A stretch of DNA of 64,000 nucleotides from Gemmatimonadota bacterium. Lineage in GTDB: Bacteria; Gemmatimonadota; Gemmatimonadetes; Longimicrobiales; Gaopeijiaceae. The DNA is taken from contig JBDHHQ010000040.1 of the NCBI GenBank assembly GCA_039589315.1, positions 1-64,000 of the forward strand, read 5' to 3'. Shown one piece after another: positions 9,445 to 18,080 of the stretch. The position numbers and the translations under genes are program-made. Numbering within the stretch: position 1 is the stretch's first letter; each line of letters starts with the position of its first letter. A model generated the notes under the pieces. The model saw only the letters and a list, made by a program, of their open reading frames with translations. It did no database searches and was not told the origin of the DNA.

Positions 9445-10485
9445 TCAGACGTTGAATCGGACGTGCAGGATGTCTCCGTCCGCGACGACGTACTCCTTGC
9501 CCTCTACCTGGAGCTTGCCGGCGCTCTTCACCTTGGCCTCCGATCCGTGCTCCATGAAGACGTCGTACGGGATCACCTCGGCCCGGATGAAGCCCCGCTC
9601 CAGGTCGGAGTGAATCCGCCCCGCCGCCTTGCGGGCCATGGTGCCTCGGTGGATGGTCCACGCCCGCACCTCGTCCTCTCCGACGGTGAAGAACGAGATC
9701 AGGTCGAGCAGCCCGTAGGCGGCCCGGATGAACCGGTCCAGCGCGGATTCCTCGAGCCCAAGGTCCTCCAGGAACGCGATCCGATCGTCCGGCGCCAGCC
9801 CGGCGATCTCCGCCTCGACGCTCGCCGAAAGGGACAGCCCGCCCGCTCCGAGCTCCTCCCACCGCTGGCTCAGCGGTTCGGGGACCGGAGACGCTGCATC
9901 CTCCTCGCGGCGGTTCAGCGCAACCAGAAGCGGCTTGTCTGAAAGGAGTCCGTACCCCCGGATGAGACCCCTGTCCAGCGCATCGGCATCCAGCGAGCGG
10001 AGGGGACGCTCGTCCTCCAGCGCCTCCTTCATGGTCTCGAAGGCCGCCACCTCCTGGGCGTCGGCCCGTTCCTTCCTGGCCCGATCGAGCCGCCGTTCGA
10101 CGATCTCGAGATCGGCGAAGAGGCACTCGGTGTGGAACGCCTCCAGATCGCCCAGCGCATCCGGCGGATCCTCCAGCGCCGGACTCTCGAAGTCTCGCAG
10201 GACGAGACAGAGCGCTTCCTGGTCCCGAATCTCCTGCAGAGCACGGGGCGACAGCCCCTTCTTCTCGGCACCATGCTCGCCGGGGATGTCGCAGAATGTG
10301 ATCTCGGCGTAGGTCGTCTTCCGGGGTGAGAACACGACCGAAAGAGCGTCGACCCGTGGATCGGGAACGGCAACCGAGCCGAGGCGGACCTCGCCGCCGT
10401 ACCCCACCGGGACGTCCCTCCCGGTCATCGTGTTGAACACTGTGGTCTTTCCGGATCCCGCAAAGCCCACCAGGCCGACCTTCAT
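9445..10485 (-). CDS. ychF: YchF/Obg-family ATPase (atypical paralog, DUF933 TGS domain)
   Basis: P-loop GFAGSGKTT, VPDPRVD, DIPG, C-terminal FFTVGEDEVRAW...IHSDLERGFIRAEV...EGKEYVVADGD. Confidence 0.85.
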   Translation of the reverse strand: MKVGLVGFAGSGKTTVFNTMTGRDVPVGYGGEVRLGSVAVPDPRVDALSVVFSPRKTTYAEITFCDIPGEHGAEKKGLSPRALQEIRDQEALCLVLRDFESPALEDPPDALGDLEAFHTECLFADLEIVERRLDRARKERADAQEVAAFETMKEALEDERPLRSLDADALDRGLIRGYGLLSDKPLLVALNRREEDAASPVPEPLSQRWEELGAGGLSLSASVEAEIAGLAPDDRIAFLEDLGLEESALDRFIRAAYGLLDLISFFTVGEDEVRAWTIHRGTMARKAAGRIHSDLERGFIRAEVIPYDVFMEHGSEAKVKSAGKLQVEGKEYVVADGDILHVRFNV

Positions 10486-10620
10486 AGCGCAGGCACCTCC
10501 TGGACGGTCGTCGTATACGTGTAGCGCGCGAAGAGCATAATCGAGTGAGCCGCATGCGGGGAGCCCCCCGTGATCTCCGGCGGCCAGGCCAGCCCTGGCA
10601 CGGTGCTCCCGTTCTAATTA

Positions 10621-10660
10621 GTATCAACTGAGATCAATCTCAGATGGTATCAATCTCACT
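10621..10660. promoter_or_regulatory. Putative PadR operator/promoter
   Basis: AT-rich patch with perfect inverted repeat CTGAGAT-CA-ATCTCAG (10628-10643) and direct repeat ATCAATCTCA (10633, 10649) just upstream of the PadR gene. Confidence 0.55.
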
Positions 10661-10673
10661 GGTGCAGGCGACC

Positions 10674-10997
10674 ATGATCTCACGACCCATGAAGCCTCAG
10701 TGGTACCAGATTCTCCTGGCGCTCTCGAAGCGGGAGCTCCACGGCTACGGCATCCAGCGGGCCGTCCTCGAGCAGACGGACGAGCATATGCGACTCTGGC
10801 CCGCCATGCTGTATCGATCCCTCACGACCCTCGAAGAGGGAGGGTTGATCCGGCAGATCGCGGTTCCCCGCGGCGAGCCGGACGACGAGCGGCGCCAGTA
10901 CTACGCACTGACGCCCGCAGGAGAGGAACGACTGGCCGAGGAAACGGAGATGCTCGCGCGTTGGGTGGCACGGGCCCGAGCCGCCGGCGCCACATGA
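10674..10997 (+). CDS. PadR-family transcriptional regulator
   Basis: ILLAL...HGYGI...LYRSL..LE..GLI...RRQYYALT..G; start uncertain (10674 or 10689). Confidence 0.9.
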   Translation: MISRPMKPQWYQILLALSKRELHGYGIQRAVLEQTDEHMRLWPAMLYRSLTTLEEGGLIRQIAVPRGEPDDERRQYYALTPAGEERLAEETEMLARWVARARAAGAT

Positions 10998-11412
10998 CTG
11001 GTTCGCGGCGCTCTGAACGCGCCGGGCGTCGGTGTGGCTCCTCGCGATCTTCTCCGGCGTCGCCCTGACGCCGGCGGTGACAGGCCTCTTCGGCGTGATC
11101 TCCTACTCCGTCGGCCAGCGCACCAGCGAGATCGGCATTCGCATGGCCCTGGGAGCCCGCCGGGAGCAGGTGCTCCGACAGGTCGTGCGCCAGGGCATGC
11201 TGCTGGTCGCCGCAGGCGTGATCGTGGGGCTGCTCGCCTCCCTGGCCACGGCCCGCGTCGTGTCAGGGATCCTGGTCGGGGTCAGCGCCACGGATCCGGT
11301 CGTGTACGTGGGCGTCACGCTGCTGCTCGTCGCCGTGGCAGCGCTGGCCAACTTCGTGCCGGCTCGGCGGGCGGCTCGGCTCGAGCCCATGGAGGCGCTC
11401 CGCAAGGACTAC
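10994..11412 (+). pseudogene. ADOP/FtsX-type ABC permease remnant (first ~13 codons plus last ~125 codons, out of frame)
   Basis: ATGA overlap with the PadR stop; frame 11032 encodes GLFGVISYSVGQRTSEIGIRMALGA...PARRAARLEPMEALRKD, followed by TAC where a stop is expected. Confidence 0.8.
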
Positions 11413-11528
11413 GGTCGCGGCGACCGAATCTCCGGGCCAAGGGCGCGGGTGGGTGCCAGCGAGACTCGACAGAGGCCACCCCTCCGCTCGTACATTCAGC
11501 AGAAGCGTGTCTCGAGCGGGAGGGTGAG

Positions 11529-12791
11529 ATGGACCGAAGACAGTTTCTGACCACGGGCATGGGGGCCGCGGTGGGCGCCCCGCTGGCCCTGGAAGCCGGC
11601 GCCCGGCGTGGTGCCGCGGTGGGCCGTGCCGGGGCACGCCAGACCCCTGACGAGATCCGCGAGCTGTTCCCGCGCCTGGAGGGTCAGGTGTTCCTCAACA
11701 CCGCAGGCGGAACGCCTCTCGGCTCTTTCGCGCAGGAGGGGCTTCGACGGTACGAGGACTTCTGGACCCACGGACCCGGAGATGGACGGGGCGATTACTT
11801 CCGCGAGATGCTCACGGGAGTGCGTGGCCGCATCGCCGGCCTGATCGGCGCGGATGCGTCGGAGGTGGCGCTCGTCCACTGCACCAAGGAGGGAGAGCAG
11901 ATCGTTCTGGACGGGCTGCCCTCGCTGTGGAGCGGGGCCAACCTGGTCACCAACGACCTCCACTTCGCGGGTTCGCTACACAATCTGCTGGGCCTCGGGG
12001 ACGCGGGCATGGACGTCCGCATCGTCCGCAGCCATGGCTTCGACCTGCAGCTCGAGCAGATGGCGGAGGCCATCGACGACCAGACCGCCCTCGTGTCCGT
12101 GACGCTCGTGTCCAACGTGAACGGCCGGATCGAGCCCATGAAGGAGCTCGCCGCCCTCGCGCATGCGCACGGCGCCTACGTCTATGCCGATGTGATCCAG
12201 GCCGCCGGGATCGTCCCGTTCGACGTCCACGACCTGGGCATCGACTTCGCCGCCGGGAACGGATACAAGTGGCTGTTCGGCCCCCACGGCACCGGATTCC
12301 TGTTCGTCCGACGGGAGCTGCAAGGCTCGGCGCTGACCGATCGGCTGTTTCCAGGCCATGCCCGCCACAACTACCGCCCCTGGATCGCGGAGCCGGTGGC
12401 CGGACAGGCCGACTTCGTCGTCCGGGACCCGGACGATGCCCGCCGGTACGAGCCGGGCCATCATGCGTACCTGTGCTACGCCGCCCTCTACGAGGGACTC
12501 GGCTTCGTCGAGGAGATCGGTGTGGAGGCCATGCGCGACCATGCGGTCGGTCTCGCCGGGAGGCTCAAGGACCGCGTCGATCCGGACCGCTACCCTTGCG
12601 TCTCGCCCCACACGGATCGGTCCCCCATCGTGACCTTCACCACGGGGCATTCGCCCGAGGGCCTCGGGGAGCGCCTGAGCGCGGAGCGCATCGCCGTGGC
12701 GCTGAGTCCGGGCCGAATCCGGGTATCCCCGGCCATCTTCAACACGGCGGACGACGTGGACCTGTTGGCCGACGTGCTGAACCGCGCCTGA
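11529..12791 (+). CDS. Class V PLP-dependent aminotransferase/lyase with Tat signal
   Basis: MDRRQFL twin-arginine signal; FLNTAG, D..QAAG and YKWLFGPHG (PLP lysine) motifs; IRVSP. Confidence 0.88.
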   Translation: MDRRQFLTTGMGAAVGAPLALEAGARRGAAVGRAGARQTPDEIRELFPRLEGQVFLNTAGGTPLGSFAQEGLRRYEDFWTHGPGDGRGDYFREMLTGVRGRIAGLIGADASEVALVHCTKEGEQIVLDGLPSLWSGANLVTNDLHFAGSLHNLLGLGDAGMDVRIVRSHGFDLQLEQMAEAIDDQTALVSVTLVSNVNGRIEPMKELAALAHAHGAYVYADVIQAAGIVPFDVHDLGIDFAAGNGYKWLFGPHGTGFLFVRRELQGSALTDRLFPGHARHNYRPWIAEPVAGQADFVVRDPDDARRYEPGHHAYLCYAALYEGLGFVEEIGVEAMRDHAVGLAGRLKDRVDPDRYPCVSPHTDRSPIVTFTTGHSPEGLGERLSAERIAVALSPGRIRVSPAIFNTADDVDLLADVLNRA

Positions 12792-12870
12792 GGGTCACCG
12801 AAGCCTGGGCAGAACTTGGCCACGGCCGACAACCGAGAAATTCGCGCCGCTGGCGTAGCTCCTGGCGCTC

Positions 12871-12945
12871 CGAGGAACCGCAACGCCGCCGGGCGGGATG
12901 CAGCGGCTCTCGAATAGCATCACGACTTCGGCATCACCGCACTAG
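12871..12945. repeat. Right half of a CTAG-bounded palindromic repeat (MITE/REP-like)
   Basis: 12871-12919 is identical to 30781-30829; ends in CTAG (12942-12945), which overlaps the TAG stop of the neighbouring gene. Confidence 0.85.
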
Positions 12946-13877
12946 CTCGGGGGCAATCGCCAGACGTCCACCCGGTTCAGCGAGATATACGGGACGGCGA
13001 CCCGGCTTCGGCGGGTGTCCACCCCGATGTCGGCCGGCTCACCACCGACCCGAATCAGCACGCGTCCCGTCCCGTCCTCGATGACGTGCAGGGAGGAATC
13101 CACCTGGCTGGCCACGAGCCAGCGGGAGCCCACGACCTCGATGCCGTCGAAGTCGCCTCCGGGACTCGTCGCGACGACCTCGACCTGGCCCCCGGGTCGC
13201 CAGGCGTGGAACTCCTGCCCTCCGCCCCACGGCGCCAGCAGGAACCGCTCCCCGGCGGGGTCCCAGGCGATCCCGTTGGGCCGGCCCAGCTCCGGGCCGT
13301 CGACCGCCACGGACACGTCACGCCCGTCGAGGCGATACACACGGGGCACGTTGGTGTCCGTCACGTAGAGCGCACCATCCGGACCCACGGCGATGTCGTT
13401 GAGGAATCCCGGCGCAAACGGGCTGAAGTCGACGAATGCGACGTGCGCACCGTCCGTGCGCCGGAACCCGTGGACGCCGTCCACGTCGGTCACCCAAAGA
13501 GTGTCCCCCGTGATGTTCATCCCCCGGGGCGCGTGGAGCGGCCATTCCTCGGAGCCCGTCATGAAGGACAGGGACTCGATCACCCCGTCCGAGCCGACCC
13601 GGCTCACGAAGCCGTTTCCATCACGGTCCATACCGTCGCCGTTGAAGTTGGAGACGAAGTAGACGTCCTGGTCCGGGTCGTAACGCACGGCTTCGGGGCC
13701 GGAGAAGCCCGACACGATGGCCAGGCGATGCGAGGGATCCTGCACGGCGTCCCAGCTGAGCGCCGGCGGCGCTTCGCCCACATCGCCGGTCGACCCGTCG
13801 GCGGGGACGTCTCCCGATCCGCACGCGAACACGGCGACGCAGAGGACGCCCGTACCGATCCGCCCGAGCCCCGTCAT
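12942..13877 (-). CDS. SMP-30/gluconolactonase/LRE-family beta-propeller lipoprotein
   Basis: Lipobox VFAC; GPEAV, FLNDIAVGPDGALYVTD, PNGI, DGI motifs. Confidence 0.85.
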   Translation of the reverse strand: MTGLGRIGTGVLCVAVFACGSGDVPADGSTGDVGEAPPALSWDAVQDPSHRLAIVSGFSGPEAVRYDPDQDVYFVSNFNGDGMDRDGNGFVSRVGSDGVIESLSFMTGSEEWPLHAPRGMNITGDTLWVTDVDGVHGFRRTDGAHVAFVDFSPFAPGFLNDIAVGPDGALYVTDTNVPRVYRLDGRDVSVAVDGPELGRPNGIAWDPAGERFLLAPWGGGQEFHAWRPGGQVEVVATSPGGDFDGIEVVGSRWLVASQVDSSLHVIEDGTGRVLIRVGGEPADIGVDTRRSRVAVPYISLNRVDVWRLPPS

Positions 13878-14158
13878 GTGCCCGCCACCGGAGCGCCGAA
13901 CCGCTTCGCCGCACGAGCCCGAGCCTTGGCGGCCTCCTCCTCCCGGTTTCTGGGCGGTGCCTGGGTCACCAGCGAGTCGACCAGCTCCCGCGCCACCGCC
14001 GCCACATCGTCGACCGCCTTGTCGAAGGCGGCTTCGTTGGCCCGGGACGGCGTGGTGAAGCCGCTGAGCTTGCGAACGAACTGGACGGCCGAGGCACGGA
14101 TCTCGTCGTCGGTGGCCGGCGGATCAAAGTTGAAGAGCGTCTTGATGTTCCTGCACAT
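13874..14158 (-). CDS. DUF2277 family protein
   Basis: MCRNIKTLFNFDPPATDDEIRASAVQFVRKLSG signature. Confidence 0.88.
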   Translation of the reverse strand: MCRNIKTLFNFDPPATDDEIRASAVQFVRKLSGFTTPSRANEAAFDKAVDDVAAVARELVDSLVTQAPPRNREEEAAKARARAAKRFGAPVAGT

Positions 14159-14227
14159 GGTCTCGCTCCGTAGGGTTAGAGGCCGAACTGGCGAAGATGA
14201 TGGTCCGCGTGGCGGCCCTCTCGAGCC

Positions 14228-15511
14228 TCAGCGCCGCTTGGCCCGGATGAACACGCGGATCTGGTCGGGCCGCGGATTCACGTACCGGATGCGGATCTCA
14301 CCGGCGGCGCCCTCGTCGATGACGCCTGGGATGGCATTTGCCGCGAGCACCCACCCCGCCGGAAGCACGACCGTGTTTCGGGACCTGCCGAAGGACCGGT
14401 CCCAGACCAACTCGTCCCCCGACACGACGTAGCGGCCGGGATCCGTGTACGTCTCCCAGATCCTCAGCCGCACCGACTGACCGGGCTGCACCGCGTCGAA
14501 CCAGATGACCACCACCTCCGTCTCGTCCGTGACTCCGCCGCTCAGCTCGATCCCGCGCTCCGTGATCTCGGCGCCCCGCAACGTCTCGACGTCGAGCGCC
14601 TCTCCCGTGTCGAGGTTGGTGGCGGACGGATCCGAGGCCCTGCTTCCGGCACGAACGACGTTGAGGTAACGATCCATCCCGGGACGGGACTCCGTGTAGT
14701 CGTGGAACAGACGGAACGAGTGGGTCTCCGGCGGCTGGAGGAAGTAGGTGATGTCCCGATCCTGGAACGCCCGCTCCGGAAAGCTCCACTCCGCCCTGGC
14801 CCCGCCGACCACGGTGCTGGTGGCGGTGGCGGGCTCGGGGAAGCCGGTCTCTCGCGAGACCATCTTCGCCGCCACCGCGTCCGGCAAGCGACGCCCTCGC
14901 ACCTCGAAGGGCACCGGCCCGGGACCAGGATTCATGAAGCTGGCCCGCACCCGGCCACCGGCCTCGGTGTCCACCTGACAGGGGTAGTTACACCCGACGA
15001 GCTCGTACCCGGGTGGGAGCACGACGGCGTTGCGGCGAATCCCGAGCGACCGGGAGAAGACGATGTCTCCGTCGTCGTCGAAGTAGCTCTCCCCGTCCCG
15101 GTAGGTCTTGTCGATCCGGACCCGGCCCTGCCCGCCCTCGGGCACCGGCCGGGCCAGTGTGACCTTGATGTAACGTCCAACCGGGCTCGCGGTGGGATGT
15201 CCGTGCTCGCGCGCGTGCGCGCCGTCCACGAGCTCCCACGACAGGGGTTGGCCGGTGTGGAGGTCCGTCACCCCATGTACCACTTCCTCGGCCCCGGTCC
15301 GGATGGTGTTGTAGTAGAAGCGCGCACCCGGTGTCGTGGCGCTCACGTCGTAGAGGATGCGGAAGCTCCCGGATCCGGGCGACTGGAGCTCGTACCGGGT
15401 GTAGGAATCCGTCTGGGTCTGGGGGGCCTCCTGAGCGGACGCGCACCACGCCGCCAGGAGCAGCCAGCCGGCCGGCATGCCGCCGATCCGGAGAATCCGC
15501 CGAGCTCTCAT
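14228..15511 (-). CDS. Secreted hypothetical protein made of two tandem homologous domains
   Basis: GGAGGAG RBS, signal peptide ending ASA-Q, internal duplication. Confidence 0.8.
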   Translation of the reverse strand: MRARRILRIGGMPAGWLLLAAWCASAQEAPQTQTDSYTRYELQSPGSGSFRILYDVSATTPGARFYYNTIRTGAEEVVHGVTDLHTGQPLSWELVDGAHAREHGHPTASPVGRYIKVTLARPVPEGGQGRVRIDKTYRDGESYFDDDGDIVFSRSLGIRRNAVVLPPGYELVGCNYPCQVDTEAGGRVRASFMNPGPGPVPFEVRGRRLPDAVAAKMVSRETGFPEPATATSTVVGGARAEWSFPERAFQDRDITYFLQPPETHSFRLFHDYTESRPGMDRYLNVVRAGSRASDPSATNLDTGEALDVETLRGAEITERGIELSGGVTDETEVVVIWFDAVQPGQSVRLRIWETYTDPGRYVVSGDELVWDRSFGRSRNTVVLPAGWVLAANAIPGVIDEGAAGEIRIRYVNPRPDQIRVFIRAKRR

Positions 15512-16095
15512 CGCTCCTCCCTGATCGGTCGACTCGGGCTCCCTGCCGCGACGCCTCCTCCGACGATGTTCGTCATGTGCCAGATGTGACGACGATTGTG
15601 GGCGACGAGGAACTCGTAGGCCCCAATCACGGGCATCGTCAGCAGCTTCAGGAACGGCGAACGGAGCTTCGCCCGCCCCAGGTCCACGCCGTCTGCCGCC
15701 CGGAGCGACACGACCATGTCTTCCTGGGTGGCGCGAAAGTCCCTCATGACCCCGGCCCGGTCCATGTCCGCCGGCGGCTGGAGCTGCTTGAACGTCTTCA
15801 GGCCCCGCTCCACCGGCGGTTCCATGCTCCGCGTGAACCGGTTCATCAGCCAGCCGCCCCGATACGGCCCGGGCCGAAGCCACCCTTTGGCCCGTGCCCG
15901 CTCCGCGGCCACGCCGATGGACTCGAGGTAGGGGCGATTCGACACGGCGAGGTGGGCGACGTGCTCGGCAACGGACCACTTCCCGCCCGAGGTCCGTCGA
16001 AAGAACCGCTCGTCGGTCAGTGGAGCGGCCAACCCCTCCACCTCCGCCGTCTGACGTTCCAGCTCCTGGATCAACGCTTCGATCTGAGGTTCCAT
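15508..16095 (-). CDS. DinB family protein
   Basis: WSVAEHVAHL and HNRRH metal-binding histidines. Confidence 0.85.
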   Translation of the reverse strand: MEPQIEALIQELERQTAEVEGLAAPLTDERFFRRTSGGKWSVAEHVAHLAVSNRPYLESIGVAAERARAKGWLRPGPYRGGWLMNRFTRSMEPPVERGLKTFKQLQPPADMDRAGVMRDFRATQEDMVVSLRAADGVDLGRAKLRSPFLKLLTMPVIGAYEFLVAHNRRHIWHMTNIVGGGVAAGSPSRPIREER

Positions 16096-16230
16096 GCTCG
16101 TCGTCCCGTGGCAAGGTCGGAGCTGCGCACCCGGTCCCCACACCTCACCAGCCCCACGGCGCGGTTCGCCGCGGACCCGACCGTCTCAGGCGCGCACCAC
16201 ACCCAGTCTAGCGTTGCGGGCGCGGTGCTG

Positions 16231-16593
16231 CTATGCGACTCCGGCCCCACGCCCGGGCTCGGCCTCTCCGGCCGTGAGCGCGGCGAACGCCAGGATGACG
16301 AGAAGGGTCAGCTTCACCCACAGCCCCTCCTCCACTGGAGACGCGCCGCTCCACGCGCTCACGATGACCACGACCGCCAGAAGCCCGAATCCGCCCCAGA
16401 ACGCCCGCGCGGGTGTCCGGTAGGTCAGAAGGCCCAGGTACAGGAACGAGCCGCCGAGGATCAAGCTCGCCGCGACGATCCTGCCCTCGCTGTGCGGGTT
16501 CAACGGCGTGAAGGGAAGCACGACGTGTATGCCCACGAGCGCGAACAGCGCGCATCGGCCCAGCCGCGGGCCCCAGACCTGACGTCCCATCAT
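16231..16593 (-). CDS. Small hypothetical membrane protein (about 4 TM)
   Basis: Hydrophobic helices; ATGA overlap with the upstream gene. Confidence 0.6.
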   Translation of the reverse strand: MMGRQVWGPRLGRCALFALVGIHVVLPFTPLNPHSEGRIVAASLILGGSFLYLGLLTYRTPARAFWGGFGLLAVVVIVSAWSGASPVEEGLWVKLTLLVILAFAALTAGEAEPGRGAGVA

Positions 16594-17003
16594 CGGCGGC
16601 GCCCGATCCCCCGGTAGAACGCGCCCTCGTTCCGCTTGAAGGCGATGATGGCCATGCCCCCCACCAGCACGAAGTTGACGAGCTGGGGCCCGGTCGGCGC
16701 GCCGGTCACCGACTCGTGGGCCAGGACCTGATCGGCCATTCCCCAGATCGGAAGCAGGATCGAGAGGATGAGGAGCAGCAGGTTGGCGGCGCTCTCGCCC
16801 ATGCCCACCACGGGGGCCAGCCGGGGGCGGAAGCGACAGAGCAAGCCCAAGCCCACCAACACGATGTAGTAGGCGTATCGCCACGCCGGCGCGTGGAACG
16901 CCGCGGCTCTCACGGGAGCGTCGAAGATCAGGTCCGCGAGGAAGAACAGGGGAGTCGCCAGGTAATACGCCTCGATGATCCGATCCCCGTAGCGCCGCGC
17001 CAT
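16590..17003 (-). CDS. Hypothetical membrane protein (about 4 TM)
   Basis: Hydrophobic helices; 1 bp from the ProX gene. Confidence 0.7.
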   Translation of the reverse strand: MARRYGDRIIEAYYLATPLFFLADLIFDAPVRAAAFHAPAWRYAYYIVLVGLGLLCRFRPRLAPVVGMGESAANLLLLILSILLPIWGMADQVLAHESVTGAPTGPQLVNFVLVGGMAIIAFKRNEGAFYRGIGRRR

Positions 17004-17004
17004 C

Positions 17005-17553
17005 TCAGTCCCGCGGTGGGATTTCGTCGAAGTCCAGCAGCAGCGGCGGGTGTTCCTCCGCCTCGAGGAAGCGGACGAAGTCGTCGGCCCCGATGGACGT
17101 GGTCATGCAGTTGTCCAGGGGATGGAAGTTCAGGGGCTCCTGCGCCAGGATGTCCCGATCCACGGCGACCCGCACCGCTCCTTCCGTGTCGTTCACCACC
17201 GCGAACGGCGTGACGGCACCTGGGATCACTCCGAGAAAGGACATGAGGCGGCGAGGACTCCCGAATGAGAGGGAGCCTGCCCCGATCGCCTTGCCGAGCC
17301 CCTTCAGGTCCACCGAGCGGCTCTCGAGACACACCACCAGCCACATCCGGCCCTTCTTGTTCCGGAGGAACAGGTTCTTCGTGTGACACCCGGGGATGGG
17401 CCCGCGGAGCGCCTTCGACTCGGCCACGGTGAACACGGGGGCATGTTCGATGGTATTCGTTGCGATGCCGAGCTCGTCGAATCGCGCGAAGAGGTCGTCC
17501 GGCGTCTTCGGCCGGGCGCCGCTCGCCAGATGGGTATCGGTGGTGTCGTCCAT
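17005..17553 (-). CDS. proX: ProX/PrdX (YbaK-family) aminoacyl-tRNA deacylase
   Basis: HAPVFTV, HTKNLFL, LGVIPGAVTPF, FHPLDN motifs. Confidence 0.88.
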   Translation of the reverse strand: MDDTTDTHLASGARPKTPDDLFARFDELGIATNTIEHAPVFTVAESKALRGPIPGCHTKNLFLRNKKGRMWLVVCLESRSVDLKGLGKAIGAGSLSFGSPRRLMSFLGVIPGAVTPFAVVNDTEGAVRVAVDRDILAQEPLNFHPLDNCMTTSIGADDFVRFLEAEEHPPLLLDFDEIPPRD

Positions 17554-17782
17554 GGTCAGCGTCGCCTGGGGACCGGATGTTCGCCAACCTGGCGCCTCCC
17601 CGGGTGGGACGACAGGGGGGATCGGTCGCGCCCGGGGCGAGGCATTGACCGTTTCGGCCGGAGCCGGGAGCGAAGGGCCGTCTTTGATCGACTGATACAG
17701 GCAGCAGAAGGGTCGAGTCCCGAGCTCGGTCCTTGTGAAGGCTGCCCGCCCTGACTGGCATCGTACTCGGAGTGAGAGATCC

Positions 17783-18067
17783 ATGTCCCGAGCCTTCGTC
17801 AAAGAAGATACAGGCGACGAGCCCGAACCCAGGTACAGCCTTCCCGATCCCGAGTCGCCGTACTTCGATGAAGCCGCGGCGTGGGCCCTGATCGAGGGAG
17901 CCAACGCGGGAGATACGCGAAGCGCCGAGCTCGCCACGGGCTGCGATTGGGGGGAGGCTCGCCTGGTTCCTCACATCGAGCGCATCCTGGCCGAGGCCGA
18001 GGAAGCGGACAACCTGCGGATCGCGCAGCTCGCTCGGCGGTTTCTCCGAGCGGCAGGCGGAGCCTGA
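17783..18067 (+). CDS. Hypothetical protein beginning with the MSRAFVKE motif
   Basis: Plausible RBS and codon usage; helical 94-aa product. Confidence 0.7.
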   Translation: MSRAFVKEDTGDEPEPRYSLPDPESPYFDEAAAWALIEGANAGDTRSAELATGCDWGEARLVPHIERILAEAEEADNLRIAQLARRFLRAAGGA

Positions 18068-18080
18068 CGCGGAACCGCGC

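Noticed and set aside
11034..11528. N-terminal extension of the aminotransferase ORF
   Set aside because: Alternate frame of the permease remnant; the Tat signal begins at 11529
14228..16141. 637-aa ORF as a single gene
   Set aside because: Its 5' part is an alternate frame of the DinB gene; the real start is 15511
16208..16240. CTAG plus GTGCTGCTATGCGA resembling the repeat end
   Set aside because: The match is short, the spacing differs and it overlaps a gene end; it could be chance
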